DNA of 64,000 bases from an uncultured Thermoleophilaceae bacterium (GCA_963771715.1 CAVYUQ010000018.1:60438-124437); one strand, 5' to 3'. Positions 54,501 through 64,000 are shown, numbered from the stretch's first letter. The notes: generated by a model from the letters alone, not told the origin. Made by a program: numbers and translations.

Positions 54501-55174
54501 CGCCACAGAACGAAGACCACCATCGGAACGACCGTGACCGAGGCGAGCTCGACGACCCGTAGGAAGCTCACCTCGGAGGCGAGGCGCCAGAGGTCCTCGC
54601 TGAAGAGCGGGACCACCACGATCAGCAGCGTGATCGGCACCAACCAGGGCGCCGCCGCCAGGACGTTCCCGATGCGAGAGACCCGCGAGCCAGACGGCCG
54701 CTGGATGCGCGAAAGCGGGGATAGGAGCAGCGCCGCCGCCGCGATCGTGAGTGGAAGAAGGTGGGTCGTGCGCGTCGATTCGATCCCGTCGGCGATCCAT
54801 TGCCATGCGAACGTGGCGGGAATCAGCAACAGGACTATCCACACGAGGATGTCGGCGCCCGCCTCCCAGACGCGAACGAGTGCGACCCCCGCCGCGAAGA
54901 TCGCCGCGAACAGCGCCGCTCCCATCAGGAGCGCGATTCCCACGTCGGCCCCACCGAGAGCGTCGGCCGTGACCAGCGCGACGCTGAACGCCGACCAGAG
55001 CATCACGGTGAGGCCGGCCCACCTCGACACATCCAGCGTCGAGCCGAGGCTGCTGGGATCGCTGCAGAGCTTCGCGTAGCCCTCGCGCTTGAGGATCTCG
55101 CCGAGGTCGCCGAGGAGCTGCAGGTCGGGGCGATGCTGGTATTGCTGCTCGGGAGTTGACCCGCTCAGAGACAT
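51563..55174 (-). CDS. 1203-aa polytopic membrane protein with six tandem PPC-like (pre-peptidase C-terminal-like) beta-sandwich repeats
   Basis: Intact ORF. ATG at 55174 with GGAGG 5 nt upstream. The N-terminal ~470 aa contain several hydrophobic helices. The C-terminal ~730 aa contain one degenerate and five clear ~125-aa repeats (..GHNRGA..E.GEP.HAG..GG.S.WYRW.AP..G..TF.T.GS.FDTLLAVY.G.....LE.VA.NDD.....S.V.F.A..G..Y.IAVDG..G..G...L.W). The domain-family assignment is tentative. Confidence 0.7.
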   Translation of the reverse strand: MSLSGSTPEQQYQHRPDLQLLGDLGEILKREGYAKLCSDPSSLGSTLDVSRWAGLTVMLWSAFSVALVTADALGGADVGIALLMGAALFAAIFAAGVALVRVWEAGADILVWIVLLLIPATFAWQWIADGIESTRTTHLLPLTIAAAALLLSPLSRIQRPSGSRVSRIGNVLAAAPWLVPITLLIVVVPLFSEDLWRLASEVSFLRVVELASVTVVPMVVFVLWRLLVQQFDDVVKRAAATVAERPSEAVREVIDEIALKSRRITGLGRLGADVSRAWRRVFGGSSSKPEDLDAAAATRTLEESYRAPAFDYYVSYVGAHLRGTFGLQMVTRILLLVCAVLIGSTLYIYTIAGIAISAERARIWTGHATVSTLDTWFGFAVPTGPHLWVASVMAVISTAIFLALVITTQEMETAFQQSATRGPVQRCLALAVPFAKLFADGGRSTLHPIEGPSGSETVSGIPTPKLELVSPGRAARWYAWKAEDTGRVWFGADAKGWETSIAVYVHGDRLTPVDRETPGHASGRFSFEAKAGTDYRIMVDGFKDSADPEDEAIQFSWLLNDELSAAFPLRGASGSVHGHNRHAKREAGERQHAGMAGGASVWYRWTAPATGRATFNTAGSSFDTLLAVYQGPSMKELEEIESNDDDDELGLQSRVDLDVMEGEEYLIAVDGHEGATGAVVLNWGPPANGSLATAQPLEGRFGYVPDGNTTGASSEDWEPQHAGLPGGASIWYRWRAPADGIVTFSSGSMDFETLLSVYRTRAEGGLTEVDADRNALHSSAHSEVTIVAEESVEYVIAIDGYNGATGAVWLGWYYPPPNDRLEAAEEIENPSGLLEGHNRGATKEQGEPDHAGSAGGPSVWYRWRAPVAGEVTFETAGSGFDTLLAVYRGSEMETLEEVASNSPPDFSAPVRFEASEGETYLIAVDGDEGQMGEIVLRWHSPPSNDDFEAAEAIHGEHGTAHGHNRGAGEQEGEPLHADTVGGRSIWYRWRSPGDGEATFDTVGSGFDTLLAVYRGDAIDDLEPVAANDDAPGLGVLSLVRFAAEKGTEYAIAVAGYEGRSGDVALNWVLVAPPGNHDFADAARISGSSGTVRGTNRGAGREPDEPVHADRPGGASIWYRWQAPHAGAAVFDTYGSRFDTLLAVYRGSSLGELEEVAANDDADVVGEYSRVELAAEAGDEYYIAIDGYLGASGASVLRWELSQG

Positions 55175-55242
55175 GGGACCCTCCAGATATGTGCAGGTTC
55201 ATCGAATGCTAAGGCCTATTCGCGGCGGGCGCGAGTGCCTGG

Positions 55243-57178
55243 CTAGCTCTGCGAGGAGCGCTGCCTGGTCAGCTCGCGGCCCAGCGGCAGGTGGCCGAGC
55301 TCGAGCCCCTGGTCGGCGCGGATCACGTGCATGACCGCGTTGATCAGCGCCAGGTGCGTGAAGGCCTGCGGGAAGTTCCCGAGATGGCGGCCTGAGCGAG
55401 GGTCGATCTCCTCGGCGTAGAGCCCGAGCGGGCTCGCGTACGAGAGCAGCTTGTCGCACAGGTCGCGGGCGCGCCGCACCTCGCCGATCTCGACGAGCGC
55501 TGACACGAGCCAGAACGAGCAGATCGCGAAGCTGCCCTCCTCGCCCGACAGCCCGTCGTCGGTCTCGTCGGTGCGGTAGCGGAGGACCATGCCCTCCTCG
55601 GTCAGCTCGTCCGCGATTGCGAGCACGGTCTTCACCACGCGCTCGTCGTCCGAGGGGAGGAAGCGGGTGAGCACGGTCAACAGGAGGGAGGCGTCCAGCG
55701 CCTCGGTGTCGTAGTGCTGGGTGAACACGCCGCGCTCGTCGAGGCCGTTCTCGAGGATGTCCTCCTGGATCTCGTCCGCCGCCGACTGCCAGCGCGCCGC
55801 ATGCTCCAGCTCGCCGCGGATCTCCGCGAGGCGCGCGCCGCGGTCGGCCGCCACCCAGCACATCATCTTCGACGAGGTGAAGTGCTTCGGCTCCCCGCGG
55901 ATCTCCCAGATGCCGCGGTCGGGCTCCTTCCACTTGGTCAGCGCCGCCTCCACCTGGTGCTTGACGATCGGCCAGATCCGGTCGTCGAGGTGGTTGCGCG
56001 ACTTCGTGTGCAGGTACATCGAGTCGAGCAGCGCGCCCCAGACGTCGTGCTGCTCCTGCCTGTAGGCGCCGTTCCCGACGCGCACGGGCCGCGCGCCCTC
56101 GTAGCCGGAGAGATGGTCGAGCGTCAACTCCGGAATCTCGCCGTTGCCGTCGATCGCGTACATGATCTGGAGGTCGTCCTGCTCGCCCTCGGCGATGTCC
56201 GCGATGAAGTAGAAGAAGTCGTTGGCCTCCCAGTCGAAGCCGAGCGTGTAGAGCCCCCAGAGCATGAAGGTGGAGTCCCGGATCCACGAGAAGCGGTAGT
56301 CCCAGTTGCGCTCGCCGCCCGGGGTCTCGGGGAGCGAGGTGGTGGCCGCCGCGACCAGCGCGCCCGTCGGCGCGTAGGAGAGCCCCTTGAGTGTCAGCGC
56401 CGAGCGCTGGAGGTGTGTGCGCCACGGGTGGTCGGGGAAGTTGCCGTGGTCGAGCCAGTGCTGCCAGTGGTGCGCGGTCCAGACGAGCCTGTCGTAGGCG
56501 TCCTCGTAGGTCTGCGGGGCGGGGTGCTCCGACCACGAGAGCGCCACGAAGACGGTGTCGCCCTCGTGCATCAGCGTCCGGGCGGTCGCGCGCGGCCCCT
56601 CGAAGCCCATGTTCATGTCGCTCGTGAGCCTGCAGCTCCACGTCGCAGTCCTCGGCGCGGCAGACGGCCTCGTGATAGCCGGAGCCGGTGAACTCCCACG
56701 AGCCCAGCTTGCTCCCGTAGTCGAAGCGCGGGTCGCAGTCCATCGTCACCTGGATCTCGCCGTTCACGCAGCGGATCATCCGCAGCAGCACGTGGTCGGC
56801 GTCGTAGTCGGTCGGCGCGCGGCGGTGGGTCTCCGAGCGGTCGCGCTCGTGGTGCCACGGCCCGATCAGGAGCACGTCGCGCACGATGATCCAGCCGCCG
56901 GTGGTGCCCCAGCTCGTCTCGAGCACGTTCGTTCCCGGCAGGTAGCGGCGCGCCGCCGGCACCTCGACGTCCGCCGGGCCGAGCCGGAAGCCGCCGGCGT
57001 CGCGGTCGAGGACCGCGCCGAACACGCTGGGCGAGTCGAAGCGCGGCAGGCACAGCCACTCCACGTTCCCGTTCGGCGCCAGCAGAGCGCAGGTCTCGCA
57101 GTCGGACAGGAAGCCGTACTCGGCGATCGGCGGGAACGGGCTGGCCGTGACGCCCCTGTCCGGAGCCCACTCGGTCAT
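55243..57178 (-). pseudogene. glycoside hydrolase family 15 (glucoamylase/trehalase-like), one frameshift near 56630
   Basis: N-terminus IAEYGFLSDCETCALLAPNGNVEWLCLPRFDSPSVFGAVLD (ORF 55199..57178). Catalytic domain ...TTSLPETPGGERNWDYRFSWIRDSTF...VWGALLDS...GIWEIRGEPKHFTSSKMMCWVA...PLGLYAEEID...LGNFPQAFTHLALINA (ORF 55243..56616). Confidence 0.85.
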
Positions 57179-57831
57179 AGCCGCGCGGCCGCCGCCGGGT
57201 CGAGCAGCGCGACGGCCTCTCCGTCGACGAGCGAGCCCGGCGCCTGCGGGTCGGGCGGCCCGGAGAAGACACGCCGGACGGCGTCGGCCTTGTCCTCGCC
57301 GGTCACGAGGAAGACGATACGCGCGCTCGCGTTCACCACCGGCAGCGTGAGCGTGATCCGCGACACGAGCGGAGCCATCCCGGGCGTCTCGACGCCCACC
57401 ACCCGCCGCTCGCGCTCCCCGAGCGCGTCGTCGCCCGGGAACAGCGAGCAGATGTGCGCGTCCGGGCCCAGGCCGAGCAGGATCAGGTCGAGCGCGCGCG
57501 GCCCGAGCTCGCCGAGCTCGTTCTCGTAGGCGGCGGCGCCGTCCTCGGGCCCGAGCTCGCCGCGCATGCGGTGAACGGTCGCGCCACGCGCCGCCGAGAG
57601 CAGCGCACGGTCGGCCATCCCGAAGTTCGAGTGCTCGTGATCCGGCGCCACGCAGCGCTCGTCCGTGAACCAGAAATCGACCCCCGACCAGTCGTCGCGA
57701 AGCTCCGCGGCGCGCTCGTAGGCCGCGCGCGGCGTCGAGCCGCCGGTGAGCGTCACGTGCCCGGTGGCCGCGGCCAGGAGCTCGGCCGCCTCCTGCGCCG
57801 GGTCGTCGAGGACCCGAACGTCGGCGTTCAC
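57175..57831 (-). CDS. pgl: 6-phosphogluconolactonase
   Basis: The GTG at 57831 overlaps the opcA TGA. VTLTGGSTPRAAYE...VDFWFTDERCVAPDHEHSN...LDLILLGLGPDAHICSLFPG...RITLTLPVVN. Confidence 0.85.
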   Translation of the reverse strand: MNADVRVLDDPAQEAAELLAAATGHVTLTGGSTPRAAYERAAELRDDWSGVDFWFTDERCVAPDHEHSNFGMADRALLSAARGATVHRMRGELGPEDGAAAYENELGELGPRALDLILLGLGPDAHICSLFPGDDALGERERRVVGVETPGMAPLVSRITLTLPVVNASARIVFLVTGEDKADAVRRVFSGPPDPQAPGSLVDGEAVALLDPAAAARL

Positions 57832-58911
57832 CGGAGCAGGGCCTCGCCGCACTCGAGAGCGTGGCGATAGGCCGGATCGCGGAGGAGCGCCTGGCGGATG
57901 CCCTCGCCGAGGATCCCTCCCTCGCCCCGCGAGGCGCCCAGGATCGTCCAGCTCTGCTCCCGTCCCTTGCGGTCGCGGCGGCTGGCCGCGAGCCCGCCCG
58001 GCCCGCGGTCGAGCGAGATCGTCATCCCGGACGACGTGCCGATCTCGATCCCGGCCAGGCCGGGCACGTCCTGCGCGGGGTCGGCCTCGAGCATGAGCGT
58101 CACGTCGTGGCGGTGAGCCTTGGCGCGGCCGCGCGCCGAGCCGTTCGCGATCACGAGCGACCCGCCGCCCCAGCCGAGCTGCGACGCCAGCCAGCCGCAG
58201 AACAGCACGCCCGCCACGCCGGAGTCGGCGCGGTGGCGAACGGTCACGGAGTCGATCCGCGCGAGCTCCTCGCGCCAGCGCGGCGGGTCGAAGGTCGAGG
58301 CCACGCGCTCGCGCCACGGCGTCGTGCGCAGCCAGGCGAGGTCGACGACGTACGCGCCCGCGGCCAGCTCCTTGCGCGCGCCTCAGCGCCGCGACCTTGT
58401 CGGGCTCGTTCACGGAGTCGATCAGCACCACCTGAACGAGCCGGAGCACCGCGTCGACCGCCTCGGGATGGCCGTGGGGCGACCAGACGACGGTCGGCAG
58501 GTCGGTCACGACGAGCGGGTCGACGATCGTGTCGAGGTTCGCGAGGTGCTTCTCGCCGACGTCCAGCAGGACGAGCTCGCGCATGAGCTTGGGCTCCCCC
58601 GGCCGGGCGTCGGCGGCCACGGTCATGGCCACGGAGGCGTCGATCGTGTCGCGTCCGGCCTCGACCGCGCACACGATCGTGCGCGAGGCGTGGTAGCGCC
58701 CCACCTGCTCGAGCCGGTTCATGATCTCGCCGCGCCACTCGCGGTCGAGCACCACCACGAGATTGAGCACGCGCGCGGGGGCCGACGCGCCGTCGCGCGC
58801 GTGCTCATGCTGGAGCATGTGGCGCAGCGCCTCCTCGATCTCAGCCGGCGCGGTGTCCTCGGCGGACCAGACCGCGCGCCTGTCGGGAACCTCAGGGGCG
58901 TCCCGCGACAC
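57828..58911 (-). pseudogene. opcA: glucose-6-phosphate dehydrogenase assembly protein OpcA, frameshift near 58370
   Basis: VWSAEDTAPAEIEEALRHMLQ...RVLNLVVVLD...GRYHASRTIV...DLPTVVWSPHG (ORF 57175..58911). The C-terminus ...DLAWLRTTPWRE...GVLFCGWLASQLGW... is in ORF 57828..58304. Confidence 0.8.
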
Positions 58912-60426
58912 CTAGACCCCCCGCCACCTGTGCCCCGGCGCGAGGATTCCGTCGGCCTCCTCGGGGCCGTGCGACCCGGCGGGGTACTCCGCCAGCGGCG
59001 TGTCGTCCTCCTCCCACGACGCGAGGATCGGGTCGATGATCCGCCACTGCGCCTCGACCTCGTCGTCGCGGGTGAAGAGCGTGGCGTCGCCGCGCATCGC
59101 GTCCATGATCAGCCGCTCGTAGGCCTCCGGCGACTGCGACAGGAACGACGTGCCGTAGAGGAACTCCATGTTCACCGGGCGGATCCGCATCCGCGTGCCG
59201 GGGATCTTCGCGCCGAGCGAGATCGAGACGCCCTCGTTCGGCTGAACCGTGAGGATCAGCTGGTTCGGCTGCACGCCGACCGATCCCTCGGCCTGGAAGG
59301 CGAGGTGCGGCACGGGCTTCAGCGTCACTGCGATCTCGGTGACCTTGCGCGCCAGCCGCTTGCCGGTCCGCAGGTAGATCGGCACGCCGGCCCAGCGCCA
59401 GTTGTCCACCTCGAGGCGCAGCGCCGCGTAGGTCTCGGTCTTCGAGTCGTCGGGCACGCCCTCCTCGTCGAGGTAGCCCACCGCATCCTTCCCCTCGGCC
59501 ATTCCCGCCGTGTAGCGGGCGCGCACGACCGCCTCCGGGGCCGGCGGCTCGACCGCGTGCAGCACCTTGACCTTCTCGTCGCGCACCTCGTCGGCCTCGA
59601 ACGTCACGGGCGGCTCCATGCAGAGCAGGCTGAGCAGCTGGAGCATGTGGTTCTGGACGAGGTCGCGGAGCGCCCCGAGCTGTCGTAGTAGCCCGCGCGG
59701 CGGCCGATGCCGATGTCCTCGGCGGCGGTGATCTGCACGTAGTCGATGAAGTTGCGGTTCCAGATCGGCTCGAACATGCCGTTGGCGAACCGGAACGCCA
59801 GCACGTTCTGGACCGTCTCCTTCCCCAGGTAGTGGTCGATCCGGTAGACCTGCGACTCGTCGAGCACCGACAGCACCTGGCGGTTCAGGTCCAGGGCCTC
59901 CGCGAGCCGGGTGCCGAAGGGCTTCTCGATCACCACGCGCACCTCGGCGTCGTCGTGCCGGTCGAGGCCGTGCTCGCCGAGCTTCCCGACGATCACGCGC
60001 GAAGAAGCTCGGCGCGGTCGAGAGGTAGAAGATGCGGTTGAAGGCGATCCCCGCCTCCTCGTCGAACCTGCCGAGCTCCTCCTCGAGCTTGTCGAACATG
60101 GCGTCGTCGTCGAACGTGCCCGGCACGTAGCGCACCTGCTCGAGCAGCTTGTCGAGCACCTGCGCGTCGGGCTTCCGGCGCGAGTACTCCTCGATCGACT
60201 TGCGCGCCATCTCGCGGTACTCGTCGCTCGGCATGTCCGAGCGCGAGACGCCGATCAGGTTGAAGCGCTCGGGGAGCGCCCCCTCGTGCGCGAGGTTGTA
60301 GATCGCCGGCAGCAGCTTGCGGTGCGCGAGGTCGCCCGTGCCGCCGAAGATCACGAGCGTTGTCGGATGCACCGGTAGGCGCTCCAGCCCCTGGACCAGC
60401 GGGTTCTCCTGCTCGGCTACCGCCAT
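58912..60426 (-). pseudogene. zwf: glucose-6-phosphate dehydrogenase with two compensating frameshifts (about 59995 and 59680)
   Basis: LVIFGGTGDLAHRKLLPAIYNL... and ...[15 protein letters not shown]... to the C-terminus are in ORF 58912..60426. The central VVIEKPFG...[48 protein letters not shown] is in ORF 59604..59996. Confidence 0.95.
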
Positions 60427-60430
60427 GGCC

Positions 60431-61384
60431 CTACTCCGCGTGCGGCTGCCCCTGCGCCGCCGAGTCGGCGGCGACCACGGAGTGGCCGCCGAACTGGTTG
60501 CGCAGCGCGGCGTTCACCTTCGCTGCGAACTCGCCCTGGCCGCGCGACGAGAAGCGCTCGTACAGCGAGGCGGTGATCACCGGAGTGGGCACGCGCCGGT
60601 CGATCGCGTCCTCGATCGTCCAGCGGCCCTCGCCGGAGTCCTCCACGTAGGGCGCGATCGAGGCGAGGTCGTTGCCCTCCTGCTCGAATGCGAGCGCGGC
60701 GAGCTCGCAGAGCCACGAGCGGACCACCGAGCCCTGCATCCACAGGTGCGCGATCTTCGCGTTGTCGAGCTCGTACTCGCACGAGTCGAACAGCGCGAAG
60801 CCCTCGGCGTAGGCCTGCATCATCCCGTACTCGATCCCGTTGTGGACCATCTTCACGTAGTGGCCCGCGCCGGTCGGGCCGAAGTGGCCCCACCCCGGCC
60901 CGTGCTCCTCGGTGGAGGGCGGAGCGAGCACGTCGAGGATCGGGCTGAGCCGCTCGACGGCCTCGTCGTCGCCACCGACCATCATGCAGTAGCCCACGCT
61001 GATGCCCCAGACGCCGCCGCTCGTCCCGACGTCCACATAGTGGATGCCGTGCGGCCTCAGCTCCTCCTGGCGGCGCTTGTCGTCCGTCCAGCGGGAGTTG
61101 CCGCCGTCGACGATCGTGTCGCCCTCGTCGAGCAGCCCGGCCAGCTGCTCGACCGTGCCCTGCGTCGCGTCGCCGGCCGGGACCATGATCCAGACCGTGC
61201 GCGGCGCGTCCAGGCGCGACACGAGCTCCTCGAGCGAGCCGGCGCCGCCGGCCCCATGGCCCTCGGCCGCGCTCACCGCCTCCTTGTCGAAGTCGAACAC
61301 CACGCATTCGTGCTCCGAGTCGCGGTGGATGCGGTGAACCATGTTCCCGCCCATCCTTCCGAGGCCGACGAAACCCAGCTGCAT
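60431..61384 (-). CDS. gnd: 6-phosphogluconate dehydrogenase, decarboxylating (short Gnd-like form)
   Basis: MQLGFVGLGRMGGNMVHRI...VDGGNS...GTSGGVWG...GAGHYVKMVHNGIEYGMMQAYAEG. The ATG at 61384 overlaps the tal-pgi TGA by 1 nt. Confidence 0.9.
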   Translation of the reverse strand: MQLGFVGLGRMGGNMVHRIHRDSEHECVVFDFDKEAVSAAEGHGAGGAGSLEELVSRLDAPRTVWIMVPAGDATQGTVEQLAGLLDEGDTIVDGGNSRWTDDKRRQEELRPHGIHYVDVGTSGGVWGISVGYCMMVGGDDEAVERLSPILDVLAPPSTEEHGPGWGHFGPTGAGHYVKMVHNGIEYGMMQAYAEGFALFDSCEYELDNAKIAHLWMQGSVVRSWLCELAALAFEQEGNDLASIAPYVEDSGEGRWTIEDAIDRRVPTPVITASLYERFSSRGQGEFAAKVNAALRNQFGGHSVVAADSAAQGQPHAE

Positions 61385-64000
61385 CAGATCAACCCCCTCA
61401 CGTCGTCCGGTCCGTCGACTTCGACTCTCACCACTTCCAGCCCATGCGCGCGGAGCGTCTGCATGTCCCCGAGCGCCTGCGCGCTCTTCAGGTGCTCGAA
61501 CGAGTAGCCCGCCTCGGGAATCTCCACGTCGTCGCTGCCGGGCTGATAGAGCTGGATGAACAGGCCATTCGGCGGGCCACCCTTGTGGTACTGCCCGGTC
61601 GAGTGGAGGTAGCGCGGGCCGTAGCCGAACGTGGTCGTGCACTTCGTGCGCTCCCGCAGCGCCACCCGCAGGTCCGTGACCGCGGCGTCGTACTCCTCCG
61701 ACGGGGTCACGTAGCCGAGGATGGCGATGTACTTCGGCGGCGACGCCTTCGCGAGCAGGTCATCGAGGGAGCCGGGATCCACGTCGGGCAGGCCCTCCTT
61801 CAGGATGCGCCCGGTGTTGTCCTTCGCCTCCTGCACGTTCGGCTGGTCGAACGGGTTGATCCCGAGCGCCCAGCCCGCGACGGCGGTGGCGAACTCGGTG
61901 ACGAAGAAGATCCGCCCGAGGTCCGCGGCGCCGCCGATCACCCGCCCGGTGGTGACAGGGTGGCCCGCACGGCCGAGCGCCTCCACCGCGTCGTCCAGCT
62001 CGGCATCTGGCTCGTCCTCGTTGCGCAGGTAGGCGAAGACGCGATCGTCGCCGTAGACCTCCGGTGGCCCGAGCGGCTCGTCGGCCACGGGCAGGATGCC
62101 CTTGCCGTGCTTCCCGGTCGACTCGGCGATCAGCTGCTCGACCCAGAGCCCGAGGCTGGAGATCGGCTCCGAGACCACATAGGTGAGCTTGTCGCGGCCG
62201 TGCTGGGCCAGCTCGCCGATCACGCAGCCGAGCCAGAGCCCGGAGTTGCTCTGGAAAGAGCCGTACTGGGCGCAGTTCTGCTCGGCCACCTGCGCCTGGC
62301 GGAGCATGCCCTCGATGTTCACGCCGGCGAGCGCCGCCGGCACGAGGCCGAAGTACGAGAGCACCGAATAGCGGCCGCCGATGTCCGGGTCGTTCTCGAA
62401 GACACGGCGGAAGCCGCGCTCGCGCGCGAGCTCCGCGAGCGGACTGCCCGGATCCGTGACGGCGCAGAAACGTGAGCCGTCGCCGCCGGTGCGCTCGAAG
62501 AAGTAGCGCATGTGCGAGAGCGTCTCGATGGTGCCGCCGGACTTCGAGGACACGATGAAGAGCGTCTTGTCGAGGTCGATCGCGCGCTCCGCGGCGAGCA
62601 CCGCGCCCGGATCGGTCGAGTCGAGCACGTGGAGGCGCATCCCGCCCGGCACTTCGCCGTAGGAGCGGCGTATCACCTCCGGGCCGAGGCTCGAGCCGCC
62701 CATGCCCAGAAGCATCGCGTGCTCGAGGCCGTCCGCCCTGGCCGCCTCCGCGAATGCCTGCAGCTCGCTCGCGTGCTCCAGCATCTTGTCGCTGATGTTC
62801 AGCCAGCCGAGCCGGTTCCCGATCTCGGCAACGCCGGGGCCGCCCCAGAGCGACTCGTCGTGGGCCCAGACGCGCTTCGCCACGCTCTCGGCCTCGGCGG
62901 TGTTGAGGCGCTCGATGATCGCGGGCTCGAGGTCGTCCGGGAGCACAGACTTGATGGTCTTCGGCCGCCCGGTGACGATCCCCTCGCGCGCGAGCTCGAT
63001 CCCGGCGATCAGGTCGTCGAAGGGCTCGACGAACTTGTCGATGCCCTGCTGGAGCAGCGTCTTCGTCACGTCGCCCATGTCGATGCCGGCTTCCGCAAGG
63101 CGCTCCAGGTCGGCCGACGGGTCCTGGTCCGCCGTGGGACCGGTCACCTCGAGCTGCTCGGCGCAGGCGAGCAGCGTGGGCATCGGCATCGTGTTCACGG
63201 TGTCCGGCGCCACGAGCGAGTCCACGTACTTGGTCTCGGGGTAGAGCGGGTCCTTGACGCCCGTCGAGGCCCAGAGCGGGCGCTGCACGGGCGCGCCGGC
63301 CTCCAGCAGCTGCGCGTAGCGCTCGCCGCGGAACAGCTCCTCGAAGCGCTTGTAGGCCGCGCGCGCGTTCGCGACCGCCGCGATGCCGCGCAGCTCCTCC
63401 TTGCCCAGCTCGGCGAGCCGCTTGTCCACCTCGGTGTCCACGCGCGAGACGAAGAAGCTCGCCACGGAGTGCACGTCGAGCGACTCGCCCGCCTCGTGGC
63501 GGCGCTCCATGCCGCGGATGTAGGCCTCCGCGATCGCGGAGTAGGACTCCACCGAGAACAGGAGCGTCACGTTCACGTTCATGCCGGCCGCGATGGTCTC
63601 CTCGATCGCCGGGACGCCGGCCTCGGTGCCCGGGATCTTGATCAAGAGGTTCGGGCGGTCGACGCGCTCCCAGTACTCGCGCGCCTGCTTGATGGTCGCC
63701 TCGGTGTCGTGGGCGAAGGCCGGCTCGACCTCGAGCGACACGAAGCCGTCGGCGTGGTCTGCCTCGTCCCAGAGGCCGCGGAGCACGTCGCATGCGAGCT
63801 GCACGTCGAGGATGGCTATCTCGTCGTAGATCTCGCGGGCATTGATGCCCTTTTCTGCGAGCTCGGCGATCTGCTCGTCGTAGTCGTCCGAGCCGAGGAT
63901 GGCCTTCTCGAAGATCGCGGGGTTAGAGGTCACGCCCCGCAGCGACAGCTCGCGCACGAGGCGCTCGAGCTCTCCGCTCGTGATGAGGCTGCGGCGGATC
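61384..64000 (-). CDS. bifunctional transaldolase / glucose-6-phosphate isomerase (5' end outside window)
   Basis: Transaldolase: GVTSNPAIFEKA...DGFVSLEV...LIKIPGT...NVTLLFS. PGI: LGMGGSSLGPEV...FIVSSKSGGTIETLS...GGRYSVLS. This is one continuous frame, open to the window edge. Confidence 0.9.
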   Translation of the reverse strand, partial: IRRSLITSGELERLVRELSLRGVTSNPAIFEKAILGSDDYDEQIAELAEKGINAREIYDEIAILDVQLACDVLRGLWDEADHADGFVSLEVEPAFAHDTEATIKQAREYWERVDRPNLLIKIPGTEAGVPAIEETIAAGMNVNVTLLFSVESYSAIAEAYIRGMERRHEAGESLDVHSVASFFVSRVDTEVDKRLAELGKEELRGIAAVANARAAYKRFEELFRGERYAQLLEAGAPVQRPLWASTGVKDPLYPETKYVDSLVAPDTVNTMPMPTLLACAEQLEVTGPTADQDPSADLERLAEAGIDMGDVTKTLLQQGIDKFVEPFDDLIAGIELAREGIVTGRPKTIKSVLPDDLEPAIIERLNTAEAESVAKRVWAHDESLWGGPGVAEIGNRLGWLNISDKMLEHASELQAFAEAARADGLEHAMLLGMGGSSLGPEVIRRSYGEVPGGMRLHVLDSTDPGAVLAAERAIDLDKTLFIVSSKSGGTIETLSHMRYFFERTGGDGSRFCAVTDPGSPLAELARERGFRRVFENDPDIGGRYSVLSYFGLVPAALAGVNIEGMLRQAQVAEQNCAQYGSFQSNSGLWLGCVIGELAQHGRDKLTYVVSEPISSLGLWVEQLIAESTGKHGKGILPVADEPLGPPEVYGDDRVFAYLRNEDEPDAELDDAVEALGRAGHPVTTGRVIGGAADLGRIFFVTEFATAVAGWALGINPFDQPNVQEAKDNTGRILKEGLPDVDPGSLDDLLAKASPPKYIAILGYVTPSEEYDAAVTDLRVALRERTKCTTTFGYGPRYLHSTGQYHKGGPPNGLFIQLYQPGSDDVEIPEAGYSFEHLKSAQALGDMQTLRAHGLEVVRVEVDGPDDVRGLI

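Overview
This is a very GC-rich chromosomal segment (about 70% by eye, not computed) that looks actinobacterial; a Thermoleophilia/Solirubrobacterales-like origin is only a guess. Genes are tightly packed, and many neighbours share 1-4 nt start/stop overlaps (ATGA, GTGA, TAATG, TGATG).

Gene content from left to right:
- A heavily frame-broken V/A-type ATP synthase operon (subunits I, K, F, E, A, B; 1-4050). It ends in an in-frame junction with the C-terminal third of a thiolase.
- A small Ser/Thr kinase followed by an acidic secreted repeat protein.
- A beta-oxidation set (acyl-CoA dehydrogenase, enoyl-CoA hydratase, 3-hydroxyacyl-CoA dehydrogenase) followed by a DUF77 protein.
- A DnaC/DnaI-like ATPase followed by a secreted Cys-rich protein.
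- A PAS-GGDEF-EAL protein, a class-V aminotransferase and a hipBA toxin-antitoxin module with repeated operators.
- Aconitase and an RTX-type Ca-binding protein.
- A PHP hydrolase, two transporters, a sulfatase and a lipase-like protein.
- A PAP2 / flippase-like / trxB / ALO-oxidase operon.
- An R2-like diiron / SCP2 / MBL cluster.
- An approximately 8 kb osaABC-like signalling operon: a soluble poly-HAMP-GAF histidine kinase, a multi-receiver region and a REC-PAS-GAF-PP2C-RsbW-like protein. Two copies of a novel nested-palindrome repeat flank it.
- A second enoyl-CoA hydratase and the ctaC-ctaD-ctaA-ctaB cytochrome oxidase/heme A genes.
- A small beta-carbonic-anhydrase-like ORF, a K-channel-like protein and a GNAT.
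- A 1203-aa polytopic membrane protein carrying six tandem PPC-like domains.
- A pentose-phosphate operon (tal-pgi fusion, gnd, zwf, opcA, pgl) coupled to a GH15 glycosidase.

I recognised no rRNA, tRNA, CRISPR array or transposase.

The sequence as given carries many single-base frame breaks, roughly 50 by manual reading. They are strongly clustered rather than evenly spread. Broken genes are reported as pseudogenes 'as sequenced', with approximate boundaries. Sequencing or assembly error is a serious alternative to real gene decay.
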